Positions 9,557 through 19,134 are shown, counted from the first letter of the stretch. The stretch: DNA of 64,000 nt from Pseudomonadota bacterium (GCA_039196345.1 JBCCUU010000015.1:482-64481), one strand, 5' to 3'. A program made the numbers and translations. Notes: generated by a model not told the origin, from the sequence alone.

Positions 9557-10177
9557 ATGAATCAAGGGCTTAGGCAAAGGCAAAAAGCATCAAGGCGCGC
9601 CCGTATCCTGGATGTCGCGCGTGAAAAGTTCCAGAATATCGGCTTTGCCAAGGTCAAGATCGAGGATATTGCTGCCGAGTCCGACGTGTCTCCTGCCACG
9701 GTCTATAACTATTTTGGCACCAAGGCAGGCATCCTTCTGGCGCTGGTCGGGGAAAGCGATACGATCCTGATAGAGCAGCTTGATGAACTGACCGAAAGCT
9801 GGGGCGACGACCTGACCCCGGCGGTGCTGGAGTTCGGGCGTATCCTTCGAAAACACGCCATGAGCTATCTGCAGAAACCGACCTGGCGCGAGGTTCTGGC
9901 GGCCTCTATCCACGACGGCAGCGGCGATTTCGGCCAGACCTACATGGCTTTGGACGATGTGCTTGTCGGGAAGATGGAGGGGTTGATCAAGTCTCTTCAA
10001 CAGAAGGGCAGGGTGTCGCAAGACGTCGATCCTGCCGAACTGGCAGATTGCCTGTTTTCGCTACAGAATATTCGCTTCTTTCAATTCATCGCCAATGACA
10101 GCATCAGCCTGGAAGATGCAGATGCGCGGTTTCAGCAAGATCTTGAACAGCTATCGGTTCTCTTCGCCAATCGCTGA
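9557..10177 (+). CDS. TetR/AcrR family transcriptional regulator
   Basis: N-terminal HTH IEDIAAESDVSPATVYNYFGTK. Confidence 0.92.
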   Translation: MNQGLRQRQKASRRARILDVAREKFQNIGFAKVKIEDIAAESDVSPATVYNYFGTKAGILLALVGESDTILIEQLDELTESWGDDLTPAVLEFGRILRKHAMSYLQKPTWREVLAASIHDGSGDFGQTYMALDDVLVGKMEGLIKSLQQKGRVSQDVDPAELADCLFSLQNIRFFQFIANDSISLEDADARFQQDLEQLSVLFANR

Positions 10178-10217
10178 AGTCTTGCGACCTGGATCAGCAA
10201 GCATACCCTAAGCGATC

Positions 10218-10312
10218 GGAATTGCAGATCGGCTTTTCCGTTTTTTGGCACCGGCCCGTCAAATGCGATACCGCGCGTTCCGTGGGCCGCTTGTGCAATA
10301 AATCTGCATTTC
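10218..10312. repeat. Degenerate inverted-repeat element
   Basis: GGAATTGCAGAT (10218-10229) and ATCTGCATTTCC (10301-10312), 11/12 inverted match, just after the tetR stop. Confidence 0.4.
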
Positions 10313-10438
10313 CCAAATCGACCGTTCCCCACTCAGCCGCGTTAAGTGGAAATTGAGACCTTCCGTGATACCTGTTGAGAGCACGGCGTGTTCATTGCAG
10401 TGGAGGAGTAGCGTCACGCCCGAAAAAAGGAGCATCGC

Positions 10439-10765
10439 ATGCGCAAGCGTGACATCTTTTCGGTCTATTTTCGCGGACTTGCCGAACTCGCCTTTGTCTC
10501 ACTGGGGTTTGCCATTGCCGGGCTCTTGTGCCTGCAATTGCTGGCGATCCTCATCGCGATGCGGATCAACCCGGAAGCCGCTCTGCTCTTTGTCTGGCAA
10601 AGCCTGATCCTTCTGGCGCTTTGGCCGGGTCAACGCTTCTGGACCATTCGCAGAACCACAGCCCATGGGTTTGAACACAGTATCATCGGCGTACCCAGTG
10701 ACGATGATCTTCGGCTGCGCAACCATCGTGCAGCGCGGCGCGCGGGCTCCGAACGGCAGGGCTGA
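10439..10765 (+). CDS. Hypothetical small membrane protein
   Basis: RBS-like GGAG before the ATG and two hydrophobic segments; no recognisable family. Confidence 0.45.
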   Translation: MRKRDIFSVYFRGLAELAFVSLGFAIAGLLCLQLLAILIAMRINPEAALLFVWQSLILLALWPGQRFWTIRRTTAHGFEHSIIGVPSDDDLRLRNHRAARRAGSERQG

Positions 10766-10828
10766 CCCCGGTTGGAACAGTCCCCGCAATGTGAGAGGAC
10801 GGCAAATGGCCCCCTAAAAAGACGAGGC

Positions 10829-12694
10829 ATGGCCGAACGCGCGCAGATGTCCCGTCAAGCCGATGCCTCTGACCGTTTTGCAACGGTCGGATTTCCCCTG
10901 AAGGCGCATGTCAGCCCCCATGGTCGCGTGACCGCCCTGTCGATGATGAAGGACGAGGGGCCATTCGTACTGGAATGGGTCGCCCATCACCTCGGTCTCG
11001 GGTTCACCGATCTGGTTGTCTATACCAATGACTGCACGGACGGCACAGACGCGATGCTGACCCGGCTGGAAGAGCTCGGGCTGGTACATCATCGCCGCAA
11101 CGTCATCCCGGAGGGGATGCGCCCACAGCCTTCGGCCCTGAAACACGCCCAGCAGGAACCCGTCGTGCTGAACAGCGACTGGCTGCTGGTCTTTGATGCG
11201 GATGAGTTTCTCTGCATCCGGCAAGGGGACGGCACGGTCGACAGTCTGATTTCAGCGGCGCGGGACCAGGGCGCCAACGGCATTGTCATCACCTGGCGCA
11301 TCTTTGGCTCCGACGGCATTCAGACGTGGTCGCGCGCCCCCGTGACAGAGCAGTATCTGCACGCCGCCCCGCCGATGTGGAACAAGGGGTGGGGCGTCAA
11401 GACGCTCTTTAAATATGATCCGGAGTTCTGGAAGCTCGGCATCCACCGTCCCAAGATCAGGAACAAGCATCTCGACAGTGATTTTCCCCACACGGTCAAG
11501 TGGCTCAACGGCTCAGGCCGCCCGATGGAGGAGTATTTCAAGTTTCGCGGCTGGCGGTCGATCATGCGCACGGTGGGCTATGACTGGGCACAGATGAACC
11601 ACTATGCCATCAAGTCGATGGACAGCTATGCGATCCGCAAGTTTCGCGGCAACGTGAACAACAAGGCGGACAAGTACAACGCCGATTACTGGGCCCTGCA
11701 GGACCGCAACGAGGTTCATGACGACGCAGCCCTCGCCCACCGGGAAAAACGGCGGGAGATACTGGACCTGCTGCTGGGAGATCCGGTCCTGGCAGCGCTG
11801 CACGCCACAGCCGTCGATGCAGTTGAAGCACGGCTCGCGGCGTTCAAGGAGACACCCGAGTATGCGGCCCTGATTTCCGATCTCAAGGCCGCGTCAGAGA
11901 TACCGATCAGTGATGTGGACGCCAAGCCACCGCAGCCGCGCGACCCCAAAAAGATCGCGGCCCGGATGTCGCAGATCGAAAAGACACTGGCAAAGCGTCC
12001 TGCCCCCGCGGCGACAGCACTGTCGGTGGATGCGCAGCCCTATCTCACAGGTCATATCGACCTGTCCCGGCGGGTGCCGTTGAAGGGCTTCGACAACCAT
12101 CAGATCAGCCTGCCGACGGACACGCGTGTTTTTTCACCTGCCGCTGTGCAGGCCATCACCGAAGGCAAGTTCCTGCGCAACCCCGCACGGCGCCTGCCCG
12201 GTCTTGTCACCCCCGGTGACAGCTATCTCGAAATCGGTGCGGGTGCGGGCTTCCTGCCCGCCTTGCTCGCCCGCCACTATCCTGAGTTGCGCATCTGCGC
12301 TCAGGAGGAACACGCGACCTTGCTGGCAACCGCCCGGATGATCTGGGCGGTGAACGGCATTTCAGAAACCCCGGCACGGCGGCTGTCGCCCGAGCCACTT
12401 TTTGAGCCGATGGATGACCGGCATAGTGCGTCAGGTCTGCGCGGCTTGCTGGCAGAGACGGGCTGTACATTCTTGCTGCTGAACGATCCCCGCCTCAACG
12501 CCCGCATGATCGCAGGCGCGTTGGAGGGATCCGCGACGCTTCGCTGCGTCATCGCAGGCCCGCGCGCCCTTGCGAACGCCTGTGAGGCGGCGGACCTCAC
12601 CTCACGGATGACGCGGCTCGGTTACCAAGCGTCCCCAGAACAGCCGCTGACCGAAGCGTTGCTCTACCGCCGCGACCCCGCAACTGCCTCATAG
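10829..12694 (+). CDS. Glycosyltransferase family 2-like protein fused to a C-terminal FkbM-like methyltransferase domain
   Basis: KDEGPFVLEWVAHH, YTNDCTDGT, DADEFL, QMNHYAIKS; C-terminal YLEIGAGAGF. Start placed at ATG 10829 after GAGG. Confidence 0.78.
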   Translation: MAERAQMSRQADASDRFATVGFPLKAHVSPHGRVTALSMMKDEGPFVLEWVAHHLGLGFTDLVVYTNDCTDGTDAMLTRLEELGLVHHRRNVIPEGMRPQPSALKHAQQEPVVLNSDWLLVFDADEFLCIRQGDGTVDSLISAARDQGANGIVITWRIFGSDGIQTWSRAPVTEQYLHAAPPMWNKGWGVKTLFKYDPEFWKLGIHRPKIRNKHLDSDFPHTVKWLNGSGRPMEEYFKFRGWRSIMRTVGYDWAQMNHYAIKSMDSYAIRKFRGNVNNKADKYNADYWALQDRNEVHDDAALAHREKRREILDLLLGDPVLAALHATAVDAVEARLAAFKETPEYAALISDLKAASEIPISDVDAKPPQPRDPKKIAARMSQIEKTLAKRPAPAATALSVDAQPYLTGHIDLSRRVPLKGFDNHQISLPTDTRVFSPAAVQAITEGKFLRNPARRLPGLVTPGDSYLEIGAGAGFLPALLARHYPELRICAQEEHATLLATARMIWAVNGISETPARRLSPEPLFEPMDDRHSASGLRGLLAETGCTFLLLNDPRLNARMIAGALEGSATLRCVIAGPRALANACEAADLTSRMTRLGYQASPEQPLTEALLYRRDPATAS

Positions 12695-14110
12695 GGGCAG
12701 CACACCCGACAGGCCGCTGCTTTCAAAATCCCAGACCGCTGACCACGCGCCGCGCGTCCGCGACAGGATCAGCGCGTTCCGATCTGCCACGTAGCGTCCG
12801 GCCTGGCCTGGTATCCGCTCGATGCTGATCTTTTGATCCGGCAGCGGATTTTCCCCGAAGGACCCCAGAGCCCCCAGCAGCCGCGCCCAGTTCCTTGGTG
12901 GCGGCCGGTGCGCAATGCCCGAGGCCACAAGCTGGTGCAGCATGCGTCCCTCACCTGCCGACATCGTGGCCCGCGTGGCAAGGTGTATTTCGCCCGAGAG
13001 CGCGGTGACCTCCGTCTCCCGTCCGATCATCCGGCACACCAGCCGGAGCATCCGTTGCCATTCTGCCCGATGGGCGCGGCTTTGCCACTGGTCGCGCAGA
13101 TCATCCTCGTATTCCTGCATCCTGGGGACCAGCATCATCAGGGTCTCGAAAACCGACAGACGGGGTCCCAGCAAGGGCACCGACGACAGCAGCAGGGTGC
13201 GCGCGGGCGCATCCGCTTCGGCAACAGCCTCCATCATCTGCCAGCCGCCTTCTCCCATGACCTGTCGCCGGGTGCGCTCGCTGCGCAAATCCGGCGCAAG
13301 CACCCGCAGACCCGGCGCGTCAACGACCCAGCCCAGATGCACGCCCGCAGGATCCCGGAACCGGGGCGGCAGATCACCGTCCACAGCGCCATGCTGAAAC
13401 AGCAGCGCCATTTCGCGGGCCACGTCAAAAAGCAACTGACCCACCGGCGAATAGGTACGCGAGCGGGGCAGGGACCCCCAGCCATCACAGATGTCATGAT
13501 CGTCCCACTGCGCCAGCGACGGCACCCGCGCGGAAAGCCAGGCGTAGTGCTGATCCTGCAAAAGCGCGCTGTACCGCGCAAGAAATTCCCGGCGCAGATG
13601 CGCGCGCAGGTCCGCCAGTTCGGCGCGGGAGGGGTCCTTGGGAATATGCTCAGGCCAGTCGTCACTGAGCGGATGGCCCTTTGTCGCCTCATCCGCGTAG
13701 ATCTGGTCCCCGCCGTGCAGCAATAGCGCAAACGGGGCCTCCGCGTGCTGCGCACAAAGCCGGGCCCACATTGCGTTGCGCTCCTCCGGGTCACGGGCCA
13801 GATCGCCGTGTTCTTCGCCGTTGCAGGACGCAAAGGCGATGCGCAAGTCGCCGTCCAACTCGCCCGCCAGATCGTAGTGTTCTCCATTCCAACCGTAGCC
13901 GGAGGGGCTGTGCGCGGGCACGCTGAAGCGGATGCGCGCGATGGCGGTGTCCTCCACGCGCGCAAGCTCCGAAGCCTCGAACAACGCATCGCCAACCCGG
14001 ATCGCAGGAATCTCCACGTCCCGCCCAGCCACGAAAATAGCGGCCAGATGCATCATCCCGTCCGATACATCATCAAGGGTCAGAAAAGGGCCTAGAAGTG
14101 TTGGTGTCAT
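12689..14110 (-). CDS. Alkaline phosphatase D (PhoD)-like metallophosphoesterase
   Basis: GGDQIYAD, WDDHDICDGWGS, DLRSER, LSGEIH; no signal peptide. Confidence 0.85.
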   Translation of the reverse strand: MTPTLLGPFLTLDDVSDGMMHLAAIFVAGRDVEIPAIRVGDALFEASELARVEDTAIARIRFSVPAHSPSGYGWNGEHYDLAGELDGDLRIAFASCNGEEHGDLARDPEERNAMWARLCAQHAEAPFALLLHGGDQIYADEATKGHPLSDDWPEHIPKDPSRAELADLRAHLRREFLARYSALLQDQHYAWLSARVPSLAQWDDHDICDGWGSLPRSRTYSPVGQLLFDVAREMALLFQHGAVDGDLPPRFRDPAGVHLGWVVDAPGLRVLAPDLRSERTRRQVMGEGGWQMMEAVAEADAPARTLLLSSVPLLGPRLSVFETLMMLVPRMQEYEDDLRDQWQSRAHRAEWQRMLRLVCRMIGRETEVTALSGEIHLATRATMSAGEGRMLHQLVASGIAHRPPPRNWARLLGALGSFGENPLPDQKISIERIPGQAGRYVADRNALILSRTRGAWSAVWDFESSGLSGVLPL

Positions 14111-14194
14111 ACCGGCAGAGAGTTGGCGCAACGGGGCGCAGGTTCAAGGGCAAACTGCACTGCGGCAGAATGTGCGTTGCCCGATGCGCGATGA

Positions 14195-14209
14195 GAACAT
14201 ATACAGAAC
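14195..14209 (+). promoter_or_regulatory. LexA (SOS) box, alphaproteobacterial type
   Basis: GAACATATACAGAAC = GAAC-N7-GAAC, ending 2 nt before the ATG at 14212. Confidence 0.82.
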
Positions 14210-14211
14210 AT

Positions 14212-15447
14212 ATGGCAGGGTATTCACTGAAAGAAAAACTGGCAATCCTCAGCGATGCGGCGAAATACGACGCCTCCTGCGCGTCGTCAGGCTCGACCAA
14301 GCGGGATTCGCGCGGCGGCAAGAGCCTTGGCAGCAACGAAGGCTCGGGAATCTGTCACGCCTACGCCCCTGATGGGCGCTGCATCAGCCTGCTCAAAATC
14401 CTGATGACCAACTTTTGCATCTATGATTGCAGCTATTGCATCAACCGGGTGTCCTCCAACGTGCAGCGCGCGCGGTTCTCGGTGGAGGAGGTCGTGAAGC
14501 TCACCATCGAATTCTATCGGCGTAATTACATCGAGGGGCTGTTTCTCTCCTCGGGCATCATCCGTTCGCCCGATGACACGATGCTCGACATGGTGCGGAT
14601 TGCGCGCAAACTGCGCCATGAGGAAAATTTCCGCGGCTACATCCACCTCAAGACCATCCCCGACGCCTCGCCTGAGCTGATCGAAGAGGCGGGCCTGCTG
14701 GCCGACCGGCTGTCCATCAATGTGGAACTGCCCACGGATGCTTCGGTCAAGCAGCACGCGCCGGAAAAGAGCCCCGAGCAGATCCGCCGCGCCATGGCCG
14801 ACGTGCGGCTGCGCAAGGAGGTGGCGAAGGATCGGTCTCACACCGGCAGGCGCCCGCCCCGCTTTGCCCCGGCGGGACAGTCCACGCAGATGATAATCGG
14901 GGCCGATCAGGCGACCGATACGACCGTGTTGGGCCAATCCACGCGGCTCTATTCCAGCTACAAGCTGAAACGGGTCTATTACTCCGCCTTTTCGCCCATT
15001 CCCGATGCTTCGGCCAAATTGCCGCTCATCAGCCCGCCGCTGCAACGCGAACACCGGCTTTATCAGGCGGATTGGCTCTTGCGGTTCTACGGGTTCGACC
15101 TGACCGAGATCACCGGCCACCGGGAAAGCGGCAACCTCGATCTGGAGATCGACCCCAAGCTGAGCTGGGCGCTGGCCCATCGCGGACTTTTCCCGATGGA
15201 TGTGAACAGCGCCCCACGCGAGATGCTGCTGCGCATCCCCGGCTTTGGCACCAAGACGGTCGGGCGCATCCTCTCGACCCGCCGGCACCGGCGACTGCGA
15301 TATGAAGACCTCGCGCGTATGGGCGCTTTGATGAAGAAGGCGCGGCCCTTCATTACCGCCGACGGCTGGACGCCCGGTGCCCTGACCGACAGCGCCGATC
15401 TGCGCGCCCGCTTTGCCCCGCCGCCCGAACAGTTGAGCCTCTTCTGA
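14212..15447 (+). CDS. Putative DNA modification/repair radical SAM protein (TIGR03916-type)
   Basis: LSDAAKYDASCASSG, CIYDCSYC (CX3CX2C), REHRLYQADWLLRFYGF, C-terminal HhH-like LLRIPGFG. Confidence 0.92.
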   Translation: MAGYSLKEKLAILSDAAKYDASCASSGSTKRDSRGGKSLGSNEGSGICHAYAPDGRCISLLKILMTNFCIYDCSYCINRVSSNVQRARFSVEEVVKLTIEFYRRNYIEGLFLSSGIIRSPDDTMLDMVRIARKLRHEENFRGYIHLKTIPDASPELIEEAGLLADRLSINVELPTDASVKQHAPEKSPEQIRRAMADVRLRKEVAKDRSHTGRRPPRFAPAGQSTQMIIGADQATDTTVLGQSTRLYSSYKLKRVYYSAFSPIPDASAKLPLISPPLQREHRLYQADWLLRFYGFDLTEITGHRESGNLDLEIDPKLSWALAHRGLFPMDVNSAPREMLLRIPGFGTKTVGRILSTRRHRRLRYEDLARMGALMKKARPFITADGWTPGALTDSADLRARFAPPPEQLSLF

Positions 15448-15448
15448 G

Positions 15449-16879
15449 ATGGCGCATGTCAGCCTGCCGCGGATCGGCACCGCAGAGGCCTGGCGGGAGG
15501 CCGCACGCGGATTCCTGACGGCGGGCACGTCGCCCGATCAGATCACCTGGGGCGATACATCGACTCCGGCAGGGCTGTTTGATGCCCCTTGCTCTGCGCC
15601 GCCTGCGGGCACCGTGACTGTCCCCCGCAGCTTCTTGCAGATGGCGGGTGCGGTTGTCTGGCACAATGACCCTGAACGCTTTGCCCGGCTTTACGGGTTT
15701 CTCTGGCGGCTCCGTGACGCGCCGCATCTGATGAGTGACCGGGGCGATGCGGATCTTGCGCATCTGCGGAGGATGGAGAAGAACGTGCGGCGCTGCCAGC
15801 ACAAGATGAAGGCCTTTGTGCGCTTCCGCGAGATCGGGGAGCCGGACGCGCCCCGCCGGTCGTTCGCCGCCTGGTTTGAGCCCACGCATCACACCATCGA
15901 GCCCACCGCACAGTTTTTTGCACGACGTTTCGCGGATATGGACTGGCGCATTCTGACGCCCGACATCTCGGTGTTTTTCGAAAGCGGCCAGATGCGGTTT
16001 GAGGCAGACCATCCCCGCCCCGCGCTGCCCGAGGACGCAAGCGAGGCCCTCTGGGTCACGTACTTCCGCAACATCTTCAACCCCGCCCGCCTCAAGGTGC
16101 AGGCGATGCAGTCGGAGATGCCAAAGAAGTACTGGAAGAACATGCCCGAGGCCGCCGCCATCCCCGACCTGATCGCCTCCGCCCCCGCGCGGGCGCGGAA
16201 AATGGCGCTGGCCGCCCCCACCCTGCCGCCTGCGCGCACGGCGGCGGTGCAGGCCCAGCAGGCGGCGTTGCACTCCGTCTGGGACGGCCCGGCGGAGGCG
16301 CTGCCCCGCGAAATCCACGCCTGCACCCGCTGTCCGCTGCACAAGACCGCGACGCAAGCGGTCCCGGGGGAAGGTCCGATGGATGCGGACCTGATGATCG
16401 TTGGTGAACAGCCCGGGGATCAGGAGGACTTGCAAGGCCGTCCCTTCGTCGGCCCTGCGGGGCAGCTTTTCGACACGGTGGCCGGCGCTGCCGGGCTCGA
16501 CCGGAAGGCCGCTTTCGTGACGAACGCGGTGAAGCATTTCAAGTTCGAGCCGCGTGGCCGCAGACGGCTCCACCAACGCCCGGACGCTGGCGAAATCCAC
16601 CATTGCCGCTGGTGGCTGGCGGCGGAGATTGCGCAGATCCAGCCCAAGTTGATTGTCGCCATGGGGGCCACGGCGGCTCAGGCCCTGACGGGCTCCGGCA
16701 AGGACCTGATGCGGCGACGCGGGGAGGTGGAGCAAGGGCGCGACAGTGTCCCGGTTTTGATCACGCTGCACCCCGCTTACCTGCTGCGGGTCCCAGACGC
16801 GCAGAAACGCACCGAAGCGATGAAGCTCTTTGAGTCTGACCTAAGCAAGGCTGCGCAGCTGGCGCAAGCTGCGGTTTAG
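15449..16879 (+). CDS. udgX: DUF4130 (TIGR03915-type) domain fused to a UdgX-like uracil-DNA glycosylase family 4 domain
   Basis: HKMKAFVRF, WFEPTHH, YFRNIFNPARLK, MPKKYWKNMPE; then CTRCPL, VGEQPGDQED, NAVKHFKFEPRGRRRLHQRP, TLHPAYLLR. Confidence 0.9.
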   Translation: MAHVSLPRIGTAEAWREAARGFLTAGTSPDQITWGDTSTPAGLFDAPCSAPPAGTVTVPRSFLQMAGAVVWHNDPERFARLYGFLWRLRDAPHLMSDRGDADLAHLRRMEKNVRRCQHKMKAFVRFREIGEPDAPRRSFAAWFEPTHHTIEPTAQFFARRFADMDWRILTPDISVFFESGQMRFEADHPRPALPEDASEALWVTYFRNIFNPARLKVQAMQSEMPKKYWKNMPEAAAIPDLIASAPARARKMALAAPTLPPARTAAVQAQQAALHSVWDGPAEALPREIHACTRCPLHKTATQAVPGEGPMDADLMIVGEQPGDQEDLQGRPFVGPAGQLFDTVAGAAGLDRKAAFVTNAVKHFKFEPRGRRRLHQRPDAGEIHHCRWWLAAEIAQIQPKLIVAMGATAAQALTGSGKDLMRRRGEVEQGRDSVPVLITLHPAYLLRVPDAQKRTEAMKLFESDLSKAAQLAQAAV

Positions 16880-16934
16880 ACGCACCGGTCGAAATCCATG
16901 GGCTTGCTGCGGTCAGTTCCGCTTTCCTAGACCT

Positions 16935-17107
16935 CTAGAGCATCGGCCTGACAGTGTGAATCACCTAAGCTTACCGAGCGTGCCCGGCCGGCACCGCCGG
17001 CCAGCCCCCGACCCTCCCCCCGGGAGGGGGCTTCACCCCCACCCAGGGTCGGGGGCTGGCCTCAGCTGAAAGGGGTCGTGTTGCGGATTATACGGATGCA
17101 CCTCTAG
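16935..17107. repeat. MITE-like element, family copy 1
   Basis: Termini CTAGAGCATC and GATGCACCTCTAG; internal perfect hairpin GCCAGCCCCCGACCCT...AGGGTCGGGGGCTGGC; similar copy at 28556-28701. Confidence 0.82.
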
Positions 17108-17173
17108 CGCGTGTCGCAGTCGCTTTCGCGCCCGCTGAAATCCAACGACAAGACCCGCGCAGCGCGGGCGTAT

Positions 17174-18163
17174 TTACCCCAGACGCTGCGGTTTTGCCTG
17201 TTCCAGCGACCGTGCTGCCGCATCCGCGAGCCGTTGTGCCGCGACCCCGTCCGCAATGCCTGGGCTTGGCTGGGTGCCCGCGTTGAGCGCTGCGACGAAG
17301 GCATGCATCTCCGCGAGGTAGGCGGCCTCGTACCGTTCCAGAAAGAAATGCTGGTTGGGCGCGGTGGTGAAACCATCGGTCCCTGCCAGCGTCACCTGAT
17401 GTTCGAGCTGGTTTGCCGCCTGGAGCATGCCTTTTGATCCGTGCACCTCGATCCTCTGATCGTAGCCGTAGGTCGCCCGGCGCGAATTGTTGATATGCGC
17501 GAGCTTTCCGGAAGCGGTTTTCAGCGTGACCATGGCAGTGTCGATATCGCCCGCCGCGCCAATGGCCGGATCAACGAGGCAGGAGCCCGTGGCGTGCAGT
17601 TCCACGGGCTCTTCGCCCAGGAGGAAGCGGGCCATGTCAAAGTCATGTATCATCATGTCGCGAAAAAGACCGCCAGACTGTTGGATATAGCTCACCGGGG
17701 GCGGGGAGGGGTCGCGGGAGGTAATCACCACCAATTCGACCTGCCCGATGACGCCCTCGGCCAGTTGCGCCTGCACATGGGCGAAATGAGGGTCAAACCG
17801 GCGGTTGAAGGCGGTCATGAAGGGGACGCCAGCGGCCTCCACAGCTGATTTGCACTCAGCCGCGCGCTCCGCCGACAGATCAATCGGCTTTTCGCAGAAG
17901 ATCGCCTTTCCCTCCGCTGCCAGCGCGTGGATCTGGTTATAGTGCAGGGTTGTGGGGGTCGCCACGATCACCGCGTCAATGTCGGTGCTGGCGATGATGG
18001 CCTCTGCCTCACGCACCTCCGCGCCGGAACGGGCGGCCAGTGCCTCGGCGGCGGCGGGCATCGCATCCGCGACCGCCGTCAACCGGGCGTCAGACATCCG
18101 CGCAAGGCTGCGGGCGTGGACCTGACCGATACGGCCACATCCCAAAAGTCCGATGGAAACCAT
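17174..18163 (-). CDS. iolG: myo-Inositol 2-dehydrogenase
   Basis: GLLGCGRIGQVHA, CEKPID, AFNRRFDP, SGGLFRDMMIHDFD, NSRRATYGYDQRIEV. Confidence 0.93.
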   Translation of the reverse strand: MVSIGLLGCGRIGQVHARSLARMSDARLTAVADAMPAAAEALAARSGAEVREAEAIIASTDIDAVIVATPTTLHYNQIHALAAEGKAIFCEKPIDLSAERAAECKSAVEAAGVPFMTAFNRRFDPHFAHVQAQLAEGVIGQVELVVITSRDPSPPPVSYIQQSGGLFRDMMIHDFDMARFLLGEEPVELHATGSCLVDPAIGAAGDIDTAMVTLKTASGKLAHINNSRRATYGYDQRIEVHGSKGMLQAANQLEHQVTLAGTDGFTTAPNQHFFLERYEAAYLAEMHAFVAALNAGTQPSPGIADGVAAQRLADAAARSLEQAKPQRLG

Positions 18164-18184
18164 GATATTCTCCCCCTTAGAGCC

Positions 18185-19015
18185 TTATTTCGCCGCCAAT
18201 GCCCGCAGCACCTGACGGGTTGCGGCTTCAATCGGGGCTTCCACATCGCCGAGGATCTGGACGCGGTCAAAGCGGTCCTTGTCCTTGGCAACCGCCTCCC
18301 GCAGAGCCGCGCCGAAGGCCATGCGCAGCTCTGTCCCGATGTTGAACTTGCAGATCTTTGAGCCGCGCGCCAGTGCGGTGCGTTGCGCCACCGGTACGCC
18401 GGACCCGCCGTGGATGACCAAGGGCACGTCCGTCACGGCTTCAATGGCGCGGATGCGGTCCTCGTCCAGCCCGCCTTCCTTGTTCTGCTGCAAGTGTACA
18501 TTGCCACAGGAGATCGCCATCGCGTCAACGCCGCTGTCGCGTGCGAATGTCGCGGCTTCTTCCGGGTCGGTGCCGGTGGATTGCTCCCCATCGGAATAGC
18601 CGACAAAACCGATCTCGCCCTCGCAGGAGATGCCCGCCGCATGGGCGATCTCGGCGATGCGGGCGGTCTGGTCGATGTTTTCCGCAAGCGGCAGGCGGGA
18701 GCCGTCGAACATCAGCGAGGTAAAGCCACTGTCAAGCGCTTCGCGGCATTCCTCGAAAGTATAGCCATGATCGAGATGGGCCACGACCGGGACGGAGACG
18801 CTATCCGCCAGATGCCGGAACATGCGGCCCAAGACGGGCAGGGGGGTGTGCTTGCGACAGGAGGGGCCTGCCTGCAGGATCACCGGCAACCCTTCGGCCT
18901 CGGCGGCATGGGCGTAGGCGCGCATGTCCTCCCAGCCCAAGGTCACAAGGCCCGCGACGGCATAGCCCTCGCGCAGGGCGGGTTGCAGGACGTCTTTGAG
19001 CGTGGCGAGGGTCAT
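18185..19015 (-). CDS. Class II fructose-bisphosphate aldolase family protein (probable IolJ-like)
   Basis: HLDHG, SLMFDGS, EGEIG, GNVH, LVIHGGSG, KFNIGTE. Start at MTLATL (19015). Confidence 0.88.
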   Translation of the reverse strand: MTLATLKDVLQPALREGYAVAGLVTLGWEDMRAYAHAAEAEGLPVILQAGPSCRKHTPLPVLGRMFRHLADSVSVPVVAHLDHGYTFEECREALDSGFTSLMFDGSRLPLAENIDQTARIAEIAHAAGISCEGEIGFVGYSDGEQSTGTDPEEAATFARDSGVDAMAISCGNVHLQQNKEGGLDEDRIRAIEAVTDVPLVIHGGSGVPVAQRTALARGSKICKFNIGTELRMAFGAALREAVAKDKDRFDRVQILGDVEAPIEAATRQVLRALAAK

Positions 19016-19050
19016 TTTGCGTCTCCGAGGGCTGTAGAGACCCGCGGGGT

Positions 19051-19134
19051 GGCGCATATGCGCCGCCTGTTTCGCCGAAGGCGAACCTTCGGTTCGACGG
19101 GGGCGGATCGACGCAGCCCGGCCTTCGACCGGGC
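19051..19134. repeat. Cluster of intergenic palindromes (REP-like)
   Basis: GGCGCATATGCGCC, CCGAAGG-CGAA-CCTTCGG and GCCCGG-N7-CCGGGC between iolB and the aldolase gene. Confidence 0.5.
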
